From assembly GCA_035542855.1 (NCBI GenBank), contig DATKKM010000062.1, positions 1-61,873 of the forward strand: a stretch of 61,873 nucleotides of DNA, read 5' to 3'. The notes below the pieces were generated by a model. That model saw only the letters and a program-made list of their open reading frames with translations, did not search any database and had not been told where the DNA came from. The DNA is from Dehalococcoidia bacterium. GTDB taxonomy: Bacteria > Chloroflexota > Dehalococcoidia > SM23-28-2 > RBG-16-64-32. This document shows positions 34,144 through 43,133 of this stretch, one piece after another (position 1 is the stretch's first letter; every line of letters begins with the position of its first letter). Position numbers and translations under genes: made by a program.

Positions 34144-36396
34144 CTATGCTCCGGCGACCAGCTGCGGCGCCTGCTTGCGGCCGGCCCCATCGCCGTGTGA
34201 CAGCTTGCCATAACTACGCACTAGCTTCTGCACCGCCTCCACCACGTCGCGGACGTCACGCTCCGTCATCTTCGGGTACAGCGGGAGCGAAAGCAGGCGA
34301 TCGCTGACGTCCGCCGCCTGCGGCAGGTCCTGGCGGTGCAGGCCAAGGCGCTGCTGGTAGAGCGGCTGGATGTGCAGCGAGCGGAAGTGGATCCCGGTAA
34401 GGATATTCTCCTCGCGCAACGCCTGGACGAACTCGTCCCGGCCGATGGTGAGGAGGTCCGTGCGCAGGAGGATGATGAACAGGTGCCAGGCGTGACGCAC
34501 GTCAGAGACCTGGCGCAGGACAGTGACCTCCGGCAGGTTGCGGAACGCGTCGGCGTACATGGCCGCGTACCGCGTGCGCTGCTGGATGAACCCGTCCAGC
34601 CGCTTGAGCTGGACGCGGCCCAGCGCCGCCTGGATGTCCGTCATGTTGTACTTGAAGCCCGGCTCTAGCGTCTCCCAGTGCTGCTTGGAGCCATTCACGC
34701 CGTAGCGCTTCCAGGCGTCCGACGTGATGCCGTGCAGGCTGAGGAGACGCACGCGGTCCGCGAACTCATCGTCGTTCGTAAGCACCGCGCCGCCCTCGCC
34801 CGTGGTCATGTTCTTGATCGGGTAGAAGCTGAAGCAAGCTGCCAGTGAGCTGTCCAGATTCCCGATGCGCTGCCCCGCGTACTCTGAGCCGATGGCGTGC
34901 GCGGCGTCTTCAATCAGCGGGATGCCGTGCCGCCGGGCGATCTCCGAGAGCGCCTGCATGTCCGCCGGCTGGCCAGCCATGTGCACCGGCACGATCGCCT
35001 TCGTGCGGCCGGTGATCCGGCGCTCCACGTCCTCCGGGTCGATGTTCAGCGTCTGCGGGTCGATGTCAGCGAAGACCGGCGTCGCGCCCTGGTGGAAGAC
35101 CACGTTCGCGGTGGCCGGGAAGGTGATGGGTGAAGTGATGACCTCGTCGCCCGGACCGACATCGTGCGCGGCCAGGCAGAGGTGGAGCGCCGCCGTGCAA
35201 CTGCTGACGGCGATGGCGTGCTGGGCGCCTGTGTACTCCGCCAGCTCCCGCTCGAACGCGTCTGTCTTGGGGCCGCGGGTCAGCCAGCCGGAGCGCAGGG
35301 TGTCGATCACCTCTTGCTCCTCTTCCTGGCCGATCTGCGGCTGCGCGAACAGCAGCGGCGTCTCGCGCACCGGGTCGCCGCCCAGGCGGGCAGGCGTCTG
35401 GTCGCAGCGCTGCAACTGCTTGACCGTGTAGTACTTGAGGTCGGTAGTGTCGCCCAGGACGCCGCTCTGGATGGCCCGCGCCATCTCCGTGATCGCCTCT
35501 TCCATGTCGCACGTTGCCCTGAAACCTAGCGTCTGGTTTGACTTGTCGAAGGCCACACGGTAGCTGCGCTTGTCGTCGTCGTCCGGCACCGTCTCGATGG
35601 CGACCTTCAGGTCGGGCAGGGCCTGCTGCACAAGCGTCGCCAGCTCGCCGATCTGGTAGTTCTGCTCGTTGCCGCCGATGTTGTACGTCTGGTGGTCGAT
35701 TAGCTCCAGCGGCGCGCGCATGGCGTGCAGGTAAGCGCGTGCGGCGTCCACCACGTGGAGGAAGGGGCGCCACTGCTTGCCGCCGCCCAGGACGTGGATC
35801 CTGCCGCGCTGGACGGCGTGCAGCGCCATCAGGTTCACCGCCAGGTCGAATCGCATGCGCGGTGAGAGGCCGTAGAGTGTCGCCATGCGGAAGGCGGTGA
35901 TCGCCATTCCGGGTGCGGGCAGCACCATCAGACCCTCCTCGGCCTTCTTCTTCATCTCGGCGTAGAGGGAGACCGGCATCAGGTCGGAGCGCTCGTCGAC
36001 GACGGGCGCCGGGTTCGAGCCGTAGACGCTACACGAAGATGCGAAGAGGAACCGCTCGACGCCGGCACGTGCTGCGCGGCGGGCGAGTTCCATCGTCGCG
36101 TAGTAGTTGATGCGCTCGGTGCGCTCCGGCCGCAGGTCGCACGACGGGTCGTTGGAGAGCGCGGCCAAGTGGACCACCGTCCGCACACCGTCGAGGAAGC
36201 CGTTCAGCGCGTCTAGTTGCCGGACGTCCCCCTCGATCAGGTGGAAGTCCGGGTGGTCCAGGATCGGCGCCAGCGGGTCCCGCCCGAAGTGCAGGCGGTC
36301 CACCACTGTGACTTCGTAGCCTTCGTCCAGCAGCAGCGGCGCCAGCACCGCCCCCAGGTACCCGGCGCCACCGGTGATGAGAACTCGTTCCTTCAT
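34144..36396 (-). CDS. Bifunctional fusion: N-terminal SDR nucleotide-sugar dehydratase/epimerase + C-terminal DegT/DnrJ/EryC1-family PLP aminotransferase
   Basis: N-terminus: ITGGAGYLGAVL, YAEMKKKAE (YxxxK). C-terminus: GWLTRGPKT, GDEVITSPITFPATANVV, SFYPIKNMTTGEGG (PLP-Lys block). Confidence 0.8.
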   Translation of the reverse strand: MKERVLITGGAGYLGAVLAPLLLDEGYEVTVVDRLHFGRDPLAPILDHPDFHLIEGDVRQLDALNGFLDGVRTVVHLAALSNDPSCDLRPERTERINYYATMELARRAARAGVERFLFASSCSVYGSNPAPVVDERSDLMPVSLYAEMKKKAEEGLMVLPAPGMAITAFRMATLYGLSPRMRFDLAVNLMALHAVQRGRIHVLGGGKQWRPFLHVVDAARAYLHAMRAPLELIDHQTYNIGGNEQNYQIGELATLVQQALPDLKVAIETVPDDDDKRSYRVAFDKSNQTLGFRATCDMEEAITEMARAIQSGVLGDTTDLKYYTVKQLQRCDQTPARLGGDPVRETPLLFAQPQIGQEEEQEVIDTLRSGWLTRGPKTDAFERELAEYTGAQHAIAVSSCTAALHLCLAAHDVGPGDEVITSPITFPATANVVFHQGATPVFADIDPQTLNIDPEDVERRITGRTKAIVPVHMAGQPADMQALSEIARRHGIPLIEDAAHAIGSEYAGQRIGNLDSSLAACFSFYPIKNMTTGEGGAVLTNDDEFADRVRLLSLHGITSDAWKRYGVNGSKQHWETLEPGFKYNMTDIQAALGRVQLKRLDGFIQQRTRYAAMYADAFRNLPEVTVLRQVSDVRHAWHLFIILLRTDLLTIGRDEFVQALREENILTGIHFRSLHIQPLYQQRLGLHRQDLPQAADVSDRLLSLPLYPKMTERDVRDVVEAVQKLVRSYGKLSHGDGAGRKQAPQLVAGA

Positions 36397-36409
36397 GTCG
36401 GACCTCCCC

Positions 36410-37273
36410 TTATTCCGTCTGCGTGCCCCGCAGGTTGGCGCTTAGCGTTATCTCGCAACGATGAGGCAGGAACCCCGCCCTGCCGTAGAGGCGCAGCGCG
36501 GCGACGTTGGCCGCCTGCGTCTTCACGTAAGCCGTGGCCGCGCCGGCATTCCGCGCCCAGAGCAGCCCGGCGTCTACCAGCGCCGCTCCCACGCCGCGCG
36601 ACCGCTGCCCAGCGCTCGCCGCGATCAGCACGATGCGGCTCTCCTCCCCTTCCAGTGAGCTGGCGATGAAGCCCGCCGGCCCACCGGCGTCTTCATAGAC
36701 CAGCACCGATTGAGCGAGCCCGTTGACAAGGTTCCTGATCCACGTCCGGTGGAACGACACCGCTTGCTCGGCTGAGAAGAACGGATCGGCGGCAAAGCGG
36801 CTGTAGGTGAAGGCGCTCCCGGCAATCTCCTCCAGCGCCGGCAGATCCGCCGGGCTCGCGTCCCGGACTGCGGCAGCCCGCGTCCGTCCGGCGATCGCCG
36901 CTGCCAGCGGCTGGCAGACGAGATCAGTCGCGACGTCCACTATCAGCCAGCCTGCGCGCTGCGCCCCGTGCACGAACGGCCAGTCGTTGCCGTCCGCGCG
37001 GCAGATGACGTGCCCGAAGCCGGCCTCTCGGGCCCCCCGCACAACCTCGGCCAGGAGCGAGGCAGCGGCGCTGGCCCTGTCGCCCGCCCGGTGAGCGATC
37101 TCAACCTCTACGACACCCATCGTGTCCCCGAAGAAGTCGCTGTCCCAGTCCAGCCGGCGCAGCCGCGCACGGCCCACTCCAGGCTGATCCAGCTGGAGAT
37201 TCGTGCGTGCTTCGCTAATCGTGTCGTTGGCCATATGAATTGGCGTCTTTGCCGCCGCAGAAATCGGGCGCAC
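36410..37273 (-). CDS. WecD-like dTDP-4-amino-4,6-dideoxyhexose N-acetyltransferase (GNAT)
   Basis: LDWDSDFFG, AFTYSRFAADPFF...FHRTWIRNLVNG and ANVAALRLYGRAGF parallel the E. coli WecD blocks LTWENAFFG, AFAQSRFRAPWY...YAQWIENAVRG and GNTAALKRYIQSGA. The start may be ATG 37234. Confidence 0.7.
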   Translation of the reverse strand: MRPISAAAKTPIHMANDTISEARTNLQLDQPGVGRARLRRLDWDSDFFGDTMGVVEVEIAHRAGDRASAAASLLAEVVRGAREAGFGHVICRADGNDWPFVHGAQRAGWLIVDVATDLVCQPLAAAIAGRTRAAAVRDASPADLPALEEIAGSAFTYSRFAADPFFSAEQAVSFHRTWIRNLVNGLAQSVLVYEDAGGPAGFIASSLEGEESRIVLIAASAGQRSRGVGAALVDAGLLWARNAGAATAYVKTQAANVAALRLYGRAGFLPHRCEITLSANLRGTQTE

Positions 37274-37323
37274 TCGTGCGCCAGACCTAACACAGGCTAT
37301 CGGCCGGGCGTTGAGATAAGGGA

Positions 37324-37356
37324 TACCCGGCGTCGATAACCGGTTGGCGCCGGGTA
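37324..37356 (-). terminator. Candidate terminator hairpin downstream of the 1879-aa gene
   Basis: 9-bp stem TACCCGGCG/CGCCGGGTA with a 15-nt loop containing AACCGGTT, 49 nt after the stop. The trailing U-tract is weak. Confidence 0.4.
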
Positions 37357-37404
37357 CCCGTATTTAGACGGCTTCCTCCTCCCCCCTCACCTGTGCCTGC
37401 GGGG

Positions 37405-40400
37405 CTAGTGCGCCAGCGCCACCGAATCGACTAGCGGCGTCTGCGCGGTGTCGGATGTCGTCAGCGTGATCTGGTACTGGAGGTACCGGAGGGCCGCGCT
37501 GGTTATGGCGCCGCCGCTGGCCACCGGGTTGGACCAGGCTGACCAGTTGATGCCGTCCGTGGACGCCCGTGTGCGCATCTGCACGGAAGTCCCCGCCGGC
37601 GTCGTCGAACCGTAGGTGATCGTCGCGAAGCTGGACCCGGATCCCGCGTCGAAGACGCCCGAGAGATACGTCCCGGAGGCCGCGTACGGCGTGACTCGCA
37701 GCCAGCCGGCCGTCAGCACGTTGCCGGAGTTCGCGTAGTCGGACGCCCAGGCCTTGAGCGGCCCTGGCACCGACTGGTTCTGAGTGACCACCAGCGTCCC
37801 ATCGATGTAGTAGCGGACGACGCTGGACGCCCACTCCACGCGGTAGGTGTGCGACGAGCCCAGGTAGTTGCCGGCGATTGCGGTGAACGTGTCGACGTTG
37901 TTGATCGATGTGCGGGCATACATTCCGGTACCGCTTGGCCCCGTGGTGAAGCCCGCGCGGTTGCCGCCGTTGCTGCCGTCCAGGTCAGATGCCAGGCCGA
38001 AGAACTGCCAGCTTTCGCCGGTGAACGTCGCCGTCCCTTCGAACACCGCGCCCGCCGAGAACGTCGCCTGGGAGCCGATGCCGTTGCCGTTCAGCGTGAC
38101 GTTGCCGCCGCTGACCGTCGCGCTGCCGCCCGTCCAGTTCGAGACGCTCCACAGCGAGCCGTTGAGAGAGCCGCCGGAGAAGATGTCGTTCAGGGCCGGG
38201 GCCAGGCGGACCTCGCCGCCGGAGTCCTCGCTGATGGCGGTGCCGGACAGGACGCCGCTCTGGAAATCGGCGGCCGTCGTCTGCGGCGTGCTGATCGTGC
38301 TGACGGATGTCGTGAATGTGGCGTCGTTGCTTTGCGCGGAGGCGCCGCCGTTGGTCGTGCTGGTGACCTGGTAGTGGTACACGGTGCCAGAGCTGAGGCC
38401 CGTAAGCGTCACGCTGTGGTTGGTCAGGAAGCCGGCGGGGTCCGTCGCGCTGGAGCCGTAGGAGCTCGTGAGCCCGTAGCTGACGACGCCGTCGGTCGAA
38501 AGGTCGGTCGACCACGAGACGGTCGCCGAGCTGCTGGTGATGTTGCTGACTGTGGGGCCGGTGATGACGGGCGGCGTTCCCCCGCCGAAGCCGACGTCGT
38601 CGATCTCCGGCGAGACGCTGCTGCTGTTGCTCGTCAGCGTGAGCTGGTACTGGATGTAGCGGGCGGCGGGGCTTGTGATCGTGGCGCCGCTGGCGGTTGG
38701 GTTAGACCAGGCGGACCAGTTGGCGGCGTTCGATGACGTGCGGGTGCGGACTGCCAGCGAAGTCCCGTTCGGTGTGGCGCCGTGGTAGGAGATCGTGGTG
38801 ACCGCGCCCGGAGCGCCGGTATCGACGATCGCAGATTCGAACGTGCCGGAGAGCGTACTGAATGGCGTGACGCGCACCCAGTCCGCGCTGGTCTTCTGCC
38901 CGCCGTTGCCGTAGTCGGAGACCCAGGCCTTCACCGCGCTTGAGAACCCGTTGTTCGTGGCGACGAGCGTGCCGTCCACGTAGTAGCGGAACTGGGTGCC
39001 CGTGCGCTCGATCCGGTAGGTGTGCGGCGCGTTGCTCAAGCCGGAGAGCGCCGTCCACGTGTCTGAGCCGTTGATCGAAGTGCGGGTGTAGACCCCGCCG
39101 CCGTTGCGGGTGCTGAACACGGCCCGGCTGTTGCCCGCTGAACCGTCCAGGTCTGTGCCGAGACCCAGCTGCTGCCAGGAGTCGGTTCCCAGCGTGGCCC
39201 TGGCCTCAAACACGACGTCGCCGGAGAACGATGCGTTGGAGCCGATCGCCGAGCCGTCCGCCTGCGCGCTGCCGCCGCTGGCGATCACAGAGCCGCCCGT
39301 CCAGACTTTGGTTGTCCAGCGGCCGGAGTCGATGCTCGAACCCAGGAAGAGGTCATTCAGGGCCGGAGTCAGGCGCACCTCGCCACCACCGTCTTCTGTC
39401 ACCGCGGTCCCCGAAAGTGTGCCGAGCGCGAAGTCCGCTGCGGTGGTCTGGAACAGCGCGCCGCCTGTGCCAGGGACTGCCGTCGTGAAGGTAGCGTCGT
39501 TGCTCTGCGCGGAGTTGCCGCCCCCGGCGCTGCTCGTGACTTGGTAGTGGTAGGTCGTGCCCTGTGCCAGGCCGGTGAGGCTGACGCTGTGGCTGCTCGC
39601 CATCCCCGCCGGGTCTGTCGCGCTGGAGCCGTACGAGCTCGTTAGCCCGTAGTTCACTACGCCGTCCGTCGGCTGGTTCGTAGTCCAGGAGACTGTCGCC
39701 GAGTTGTTTGTGATATTGGTGACGGCCACGTTGCTGATGATCACCGGCGGCGGCGACCCGCTCAGGGTGACGTCGTCCAGCTCCGGTGTCGTCGAGCTAT
39801 CGCTGCTGGCCAGGGTGACCTGGTACTGCAGGTAGCGTGCGGACGGGCTGCTGATCGCTCCGCCGCTGCTCACGGGACTGGACCAGCTGGACCAGCTGGT
39901 GCCGTTCGTCGAGCTGCGCGTGCGCACCGTTAGCGTCGTCCCGCTCGGCGTGGCGCCGTGCCAGGCGATCGTCGTGATCACGCCGGGCGCCCCGGTGTCT
40001 ATCCTTGGCGACTCATACGTCCCGCTGAGGAAGGCGAAGGGCAGGATGCGCAGCCAGTCCACGCTTACCTTCTGGCCGCCGTTGCTGTAGTCGGAGATCC
40101 AGGCCTTGACCGAGCCTGAGAACCCGTTGTGCGTGGCGACGAGCGAACCGTCTACGAAGTAGAGGAACTGCGTCCCGCTGCGTGCGATCTTGTATGTGTG
40201 CGGCGAGTTGGTGAGGCCTGGCAGAGGCGTGAATGTATCGACACCGTTTACCGAGGTGCGAGCGTAGACCTGGCCCCCGCTGGCCGTGCTGAAGACGGCG
40301 CGGCTGTTGCCGGAGAGACCGTCCAGGTCCGTGCCGATGCCCAGCTGCTGCCAGGAGTCCGTCCCCAGCGTAGCGCGCGCCTCGAAAGCCAGGTCGTTGG

Positions 40401-40665
40401 AGAACGCGGCTGTGGAACCGGCCGCGCCGCCATCCGCCTGCGCGCTGCCGCCGCTGACTGAGACAGAGCCGCCAGTCCACGTCTTCTGCGTCCAGAGTGA
40501 CGAGTCCATCACCGAACCGAGGAACAGGTCGTCCATGGCCGGGGCGAGCCGCACTTCGCCGCCGGCGTCTTCCGTCACTGCGGTCCCTGAGAGGTCGCCC
40601 AGCGCGAAGTCGGCTCCGGTGGTGTGGAACGTGGTCGTAACCGTGTTCTGTGGGCCGGATTCGCT
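37405..40665 (-). repeat. Three ~0.9-1.2-kb coding super-repeats (approx. 39750-40665, 38580-39470, 37405-38290) separated by FN3-like units (approx. 39470-39750, 38290-38575)
   Basis: Read from the protein-level three-fold repetition. Boundaries are approximate. Confidence 0.7.
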
Positions 40666-43044
40666 TGTCGTTGTGAACGTTCGGTCGCTGCTGTTCGCCG
40701 TGTTGCCCGCCGCGTCAGTGCTCGTCACCTTGTAGTGGTATGTCGTGGACGGCGCCAGGCCGCTGACCTGCACAGAGTGCGTTGTCGTGGGGCCGGGGAC
40801 AAGCGGAGTTGTCGTGCCGTAGGAGCTTGTCAGTCCGTAGGACACCTGGCTGCTGGAGCCTTCGTCGGTCTGCCAGGTGATGGTGGCGCCGTCGTCAACG
40901 ATATTCGTCGCCGCGATGTTGGAGATAGTCGGCGCCGTGGTGTCTTGCTTGATGACCTTGATGCCTTCGCCTGGCAGCTCAACGTTGCCGTTGGAGTCTG
41001 TGGCGCGGCTCATGATCTGAAACACGCCGCTCGAAGGAAGCGACCAGTTGTACGACCAGCTCGTCGTGCCGGAAGCGTTGGCCCAGGTCTGGCCGCCGTT
41101 GGTGGAGACCTCAACCTTGGACACAGAGCCGCCGTTGGCGGACGCCGTCCCGTGGATGGTGTAGCTGCTGCCGGAAAGCGTCTGCCCGGCCGTGGGGTCA
41201 GTGATTGTCGAAGTGGGGGCGACCATCTCGGCCGTCGTGTTCACGTTGACCGTGCGCCCGTTGCTGAACGGAGTCGTGTTGAGCGCGTTGCGCACGGGGG
41301 TGCTGCCGCTTCCCGTGAAGATGTAGTACTGCGTATCGATGTCGCTGGCGCCGGTGAAGGTCACCGACTCCACGTTCGTGCCGGTGTCGAAGCTAGCGCT
41401 GGCCAGCGACGAAGTCGCCAGGGCCCGGGCGTACTGTGCCTCGCGGTCGTACGTGACGTAGATCGGGTTGTACGACGAGACATTCGACGTGATACTGCTC
41501 AACTCGGTTGACCAGGTGCTGGGCGAGACGTTGGCCAGCTCGTACTCGTGCAGGAACAACGTGGCCGGGACCATGGAGTCGAACGCTGTTTTGAGCTGTG
41601 TTGTGCCGGTCGCGATCACGTCGCTCGCAGCGCGGTTGGCCGTCAAGTCGTAGCTGCTGCCGCGGACCTCGGTGAGGAAGTCGAAGAACGTCCCGTTCAA
41701 CGGGTTGCCCGGGGCGATGTTGAGCCAGTCCGCGATGTAGACGTTGTAGAACTGGTTGGTGTTCGTGCCCGGCAGCCCGTACGTGCGATACGGGCCGATC
41801 CACAACTGCGGGCTGGCGTCGCTGTAGGGGTAGCCGGGAAGGTTCGTCGTGGAGACGTATTGCACGCCGCGGGCCGCCAGCTCCTCGTAGACGTTGCTGC
41901 CAGACTCGTAGTAGTGGAAGACCACTACTTTGGACGGCGTGATCCCGTACGTTGCGAAGAACTCGTCCTGCAGCGCGAAGTTCGCTGCGACTTGATTATC
42001 GGTGAGGTTCTGCCCGCTCTGGTGGTTGAAGTAGAAGAACTGTTGGTCCGCAAAGGAGTGAATGGACGCCGTCGCCGAACCATCGTTGATCAGGTCACGC
42101 AGGCGGTAGGCCTTGGTCGGCGTGTAGTAGTTGAAGAAGATCGGGAGGAGCGGCCTGAAGCCGTACTGGTTGGCGATGTCCACGTAAGAGAAGTTGCTGC
42201 TGCCAAGGGCGTCGCCGGTGGCGTCATCCACGCGCATCGAGACCAGCGGCGGCATGCCGCGCAGCACGAACGGCTTGCGCGCCGCCCAGACCAGCCCCCG
42301 CCAGACCAGGTCGTCCATGCCCTGGAACTGCCCGACGACGGCGTTGTTGATCCAGGTGTCGCTCGTCCACTGCACGGCGCGGCCGGAGCCGTACGTCGTC
42401 ACCACCATCAGCGGGCTGCCGCCGACGCTTGCCAGCGTCGTCACGTCGCCCGGCGTCGTGATGATGTCTCCCTGCATCGGGTTGCGGACGGTGTAGGAGG
42501 CAGGCGCCGTTTGCGCCGCGGTGATGTAGTGGCCGGACGAAGGGACCGATATCGAAGACTGCGTGCTGTAGCTGCCCGCGTAGCCGAACCCGAAGATCGC
42601 ATCCGTGAACGAGTAGCGGCTAGAGTTGCCGCCGGTGGCCAGGTCGCCATCGACGCTGAAGAAGCCGCTGCCCGCGTTGACCGCGGAGGAGATGTTCGAC
42701 ATCTCGCTGCCGCTGAGGTAACTCCCGCTGGTGTCCAGGCCGGTGTGGCCGACGATGATCAGCTGGTAGTTGGAGATGTTGCTCGTGATCGAAGTCGTCG
42801 AAATGTCGATCGTGTCGTAGGGAACGCCGAACTGCTTCAGGTACGTCTGCAGCCGCTGCTGGTACTGCGAATAGGACGGCGACTGCGAGTTGACGAGGAC
42901 GACCGCATTGGAGCGGACAGTGGCCGCCTGGCTGTCCCGGCCGCCCAACATGGCGATGATCCCCACCACCAGCAGCAGTGCGGCGAGTATTGGCGTCTTC
43001 CAGTTCAATCCGATTTTCAAAGCCGAACCTTTCCGGACATGCAT
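37405..43044 (-). CDS. Giant secreted protein (1879 aa): ~600-aa N-terminal region of unknown function, Ig-like domain, FN3-like repeats, three ~300-aa LamG/ConA-like + beta-sandwich super-repeats
   Basis: Signal peptide KTPILAALLLVVGIIAMLGG. Same FN3-like repeat type as 26766-34034 (DTTAPTISNIAATNIVDDGATITWQTDEGSSSQVSYG). Three-fold repeated blocks TTAADFALGTLSGTAVTEDGGGEVRL...GTQF.YYVDG.LVAT.NGFS..VKAW.SDY.NGGQK. Confidence 0.85.
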   Translation of the reverse strand: MHVRKGSALKIGLNWKTPILAALLLVVGIIAMLGGRDSQAATVRSNAVVLVNSQSPSYSQYQQRLQTYLKQFGVPYDTIDISTTSITSNISNYQLIIVGHTGLDTSGSYLSGSEMSNISSAVNAGSGFFSVDGDLATGGNSSRYSFTDAIFGFGYAGSYSTQSSISVPSSGHYITAAQTAPASYTVRNPMQGDIITTPGDVTTLASVGGSPLMVVTTYGSGRAVQWTSDTWINNAVVGQFQGMDDLVWRGLVWAARKPFVLRGMPPLVSMRVDDATGDALGSSNFSYVDIANQYGFRPLLPIFFNYYTPTKAYRLRDLINDGSATASIHSFADQQFFYFNHQSGQNLTDNQVAANFALQDEFFATYGITPSKVVVFHYYESGSNVYEELAARGVQYVSTTNLPGYPYSDASPQLWIGPYRTYGLPGTNTNQFYNVYIADWLNIAPGNPLNGTFFDFLTEVRGSSYDLTANRAASDVIATGTTQLKTAFDSMVPATLFLHEYELANVSPSTWSTELSSITSNVSSYNPIYVTYDREAQYARALATSSLASASFDTGTNVESVTFTGASDIDTQYYIFTGSGSTPVRNALNTTPFSNGRTVNVNTTAEMVAPTSTITDPTAGQTLSGSSYTIHGTASANGGSVSKVEVSTNGGQTWANASGTTSWSYNWSLPSSGVFQIMSRATDSNGNVELPGEGIKVIKQDTTAPTISNIAATNIVDDGATITWQTDEGSSSQVSYGLTSSYGTTTPLVPGPTTTHSVQVSGLAPSTTYHYKVTSTDAAGNTANSSDRTFTTTSESGPQNTVTTTFHTTGADFALGDLSGTAVTEDAGGEVRLAPAMDDLFLGSVMDSSLWTQKTWTGGSVSVSGGSAQADGGAAGSTAAFSNDLAFEARATLGTDSWQQLGIGTDLDGLSGNSRAVFSTASGGQVYARTSVNGVDTFTPLPGLTNSPHTYKIARSGTQFLYFVDGSLVATHNGFSGSVKAWISDYSNGGQKVSVDWLRILPFAFLSGTYESPRIDTGAPGVITTIAWHGATPSGTTLTVRTRSSTNGTSWSSWSSPVSSGGAISSPSARYLQYQVTLASSDSSTTPELDDVTLSGSPPPVIISNVAVTNITNNSATVSWTTNQPTDGVVNYGLTSSYGSSATDPAGMASSHSVSLTGLAQGTTYHYQVTSSAGGGNSAQSNDATFTTAVPGTGGALFQTTAADFALGTLSGTAVTEDGGGEVRLTPALNDLFLGSSIDSGRWTTKVWTGGSVIASGGSAQADGSAIGSNASFSGDVVFEARATLGTDSWQQLGLGTDLDGSAGNSRAVFSTRNGGGVYTRTSINGSDTWTALSGLSNAPHTYRIERTGTQFRYYVDGTLVATNNGFSSAVKAWVSDYGNGGQKTSADWVRVTPFSTLSGTFESAIVDTGAPGAVTTISYHGATPNGTSLAVRTRTSSNAANWSAWSNPTASGATITSPAARYIQYQLTLTSNSSSVSPEIDDVGFGGGTPPVITGPTVSNITSSSATVSWSTDLSTDGVVSYGLTSSYGSSATDPAGFLTNHSVTLTGLSSGTVYHYQVTSTTNGGASAQSNDATFTTSVSTISTPQTTAADFQSGVLSGTAISEDSGGEVRLAPALNDIFSGGSLNGSLWSVSNWTGGSATVSGGNVTLNGNGIGSQATFSAGAVFEGTATFTGESWQFFGLASDLDGSNGGNRAGFTTGPSGTGMYARTSINNVDTFTAIAGNYLGSSHTYRVEWASSVVRYYIDGTLVVTQNQSVPGPLKAWASDYANSGNVLTAGWLRVTPYAASGTYLSGVFDAGSGSSFATITYGSTTPAGTSVQMRTRASTDGINWSAWSNPVASGGAITSAALRYLQYQITLTTSDTAQTPLVDSVALAH

Positions 43045-43048
43045 TCAG

Positions 43049-43062
43049 TTTGAGCGCTCAAA
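43049..43062. promoter_or_regulatory. 14-nt perfect palindrome abutting the start codon of the 1879-aa gene
   Basis: TTTGAGCGCTCAAA ends 4 nt from ATG 43044, where a Shine-Dalgarno sequence would be expected. Confidence 0.3.
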
Positions 43063-43095
43063 GTGAGCTCCTGACGAATGCTTAGATTGCTACAT

Positions 43096-43120
43096 TCAGG
43101 TTGAGGTCAGGTTGAGTCAG
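43096..43120 (-). promoter_or_regulatory. Perfect tandem 11-bp direct repeat upstream of the 1879-aa gene
   Basis: Plus strand TCAGGTTGAGG TCAGGTTGAGT CAG. Sense strand CTGACTCAACCTGACCTCAACCTGA. TCAACC lies at -71/-60 from ATG 43044. Confidence 0.55.
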
Positions 43121-43133
43121 ATGGTGCATACCG

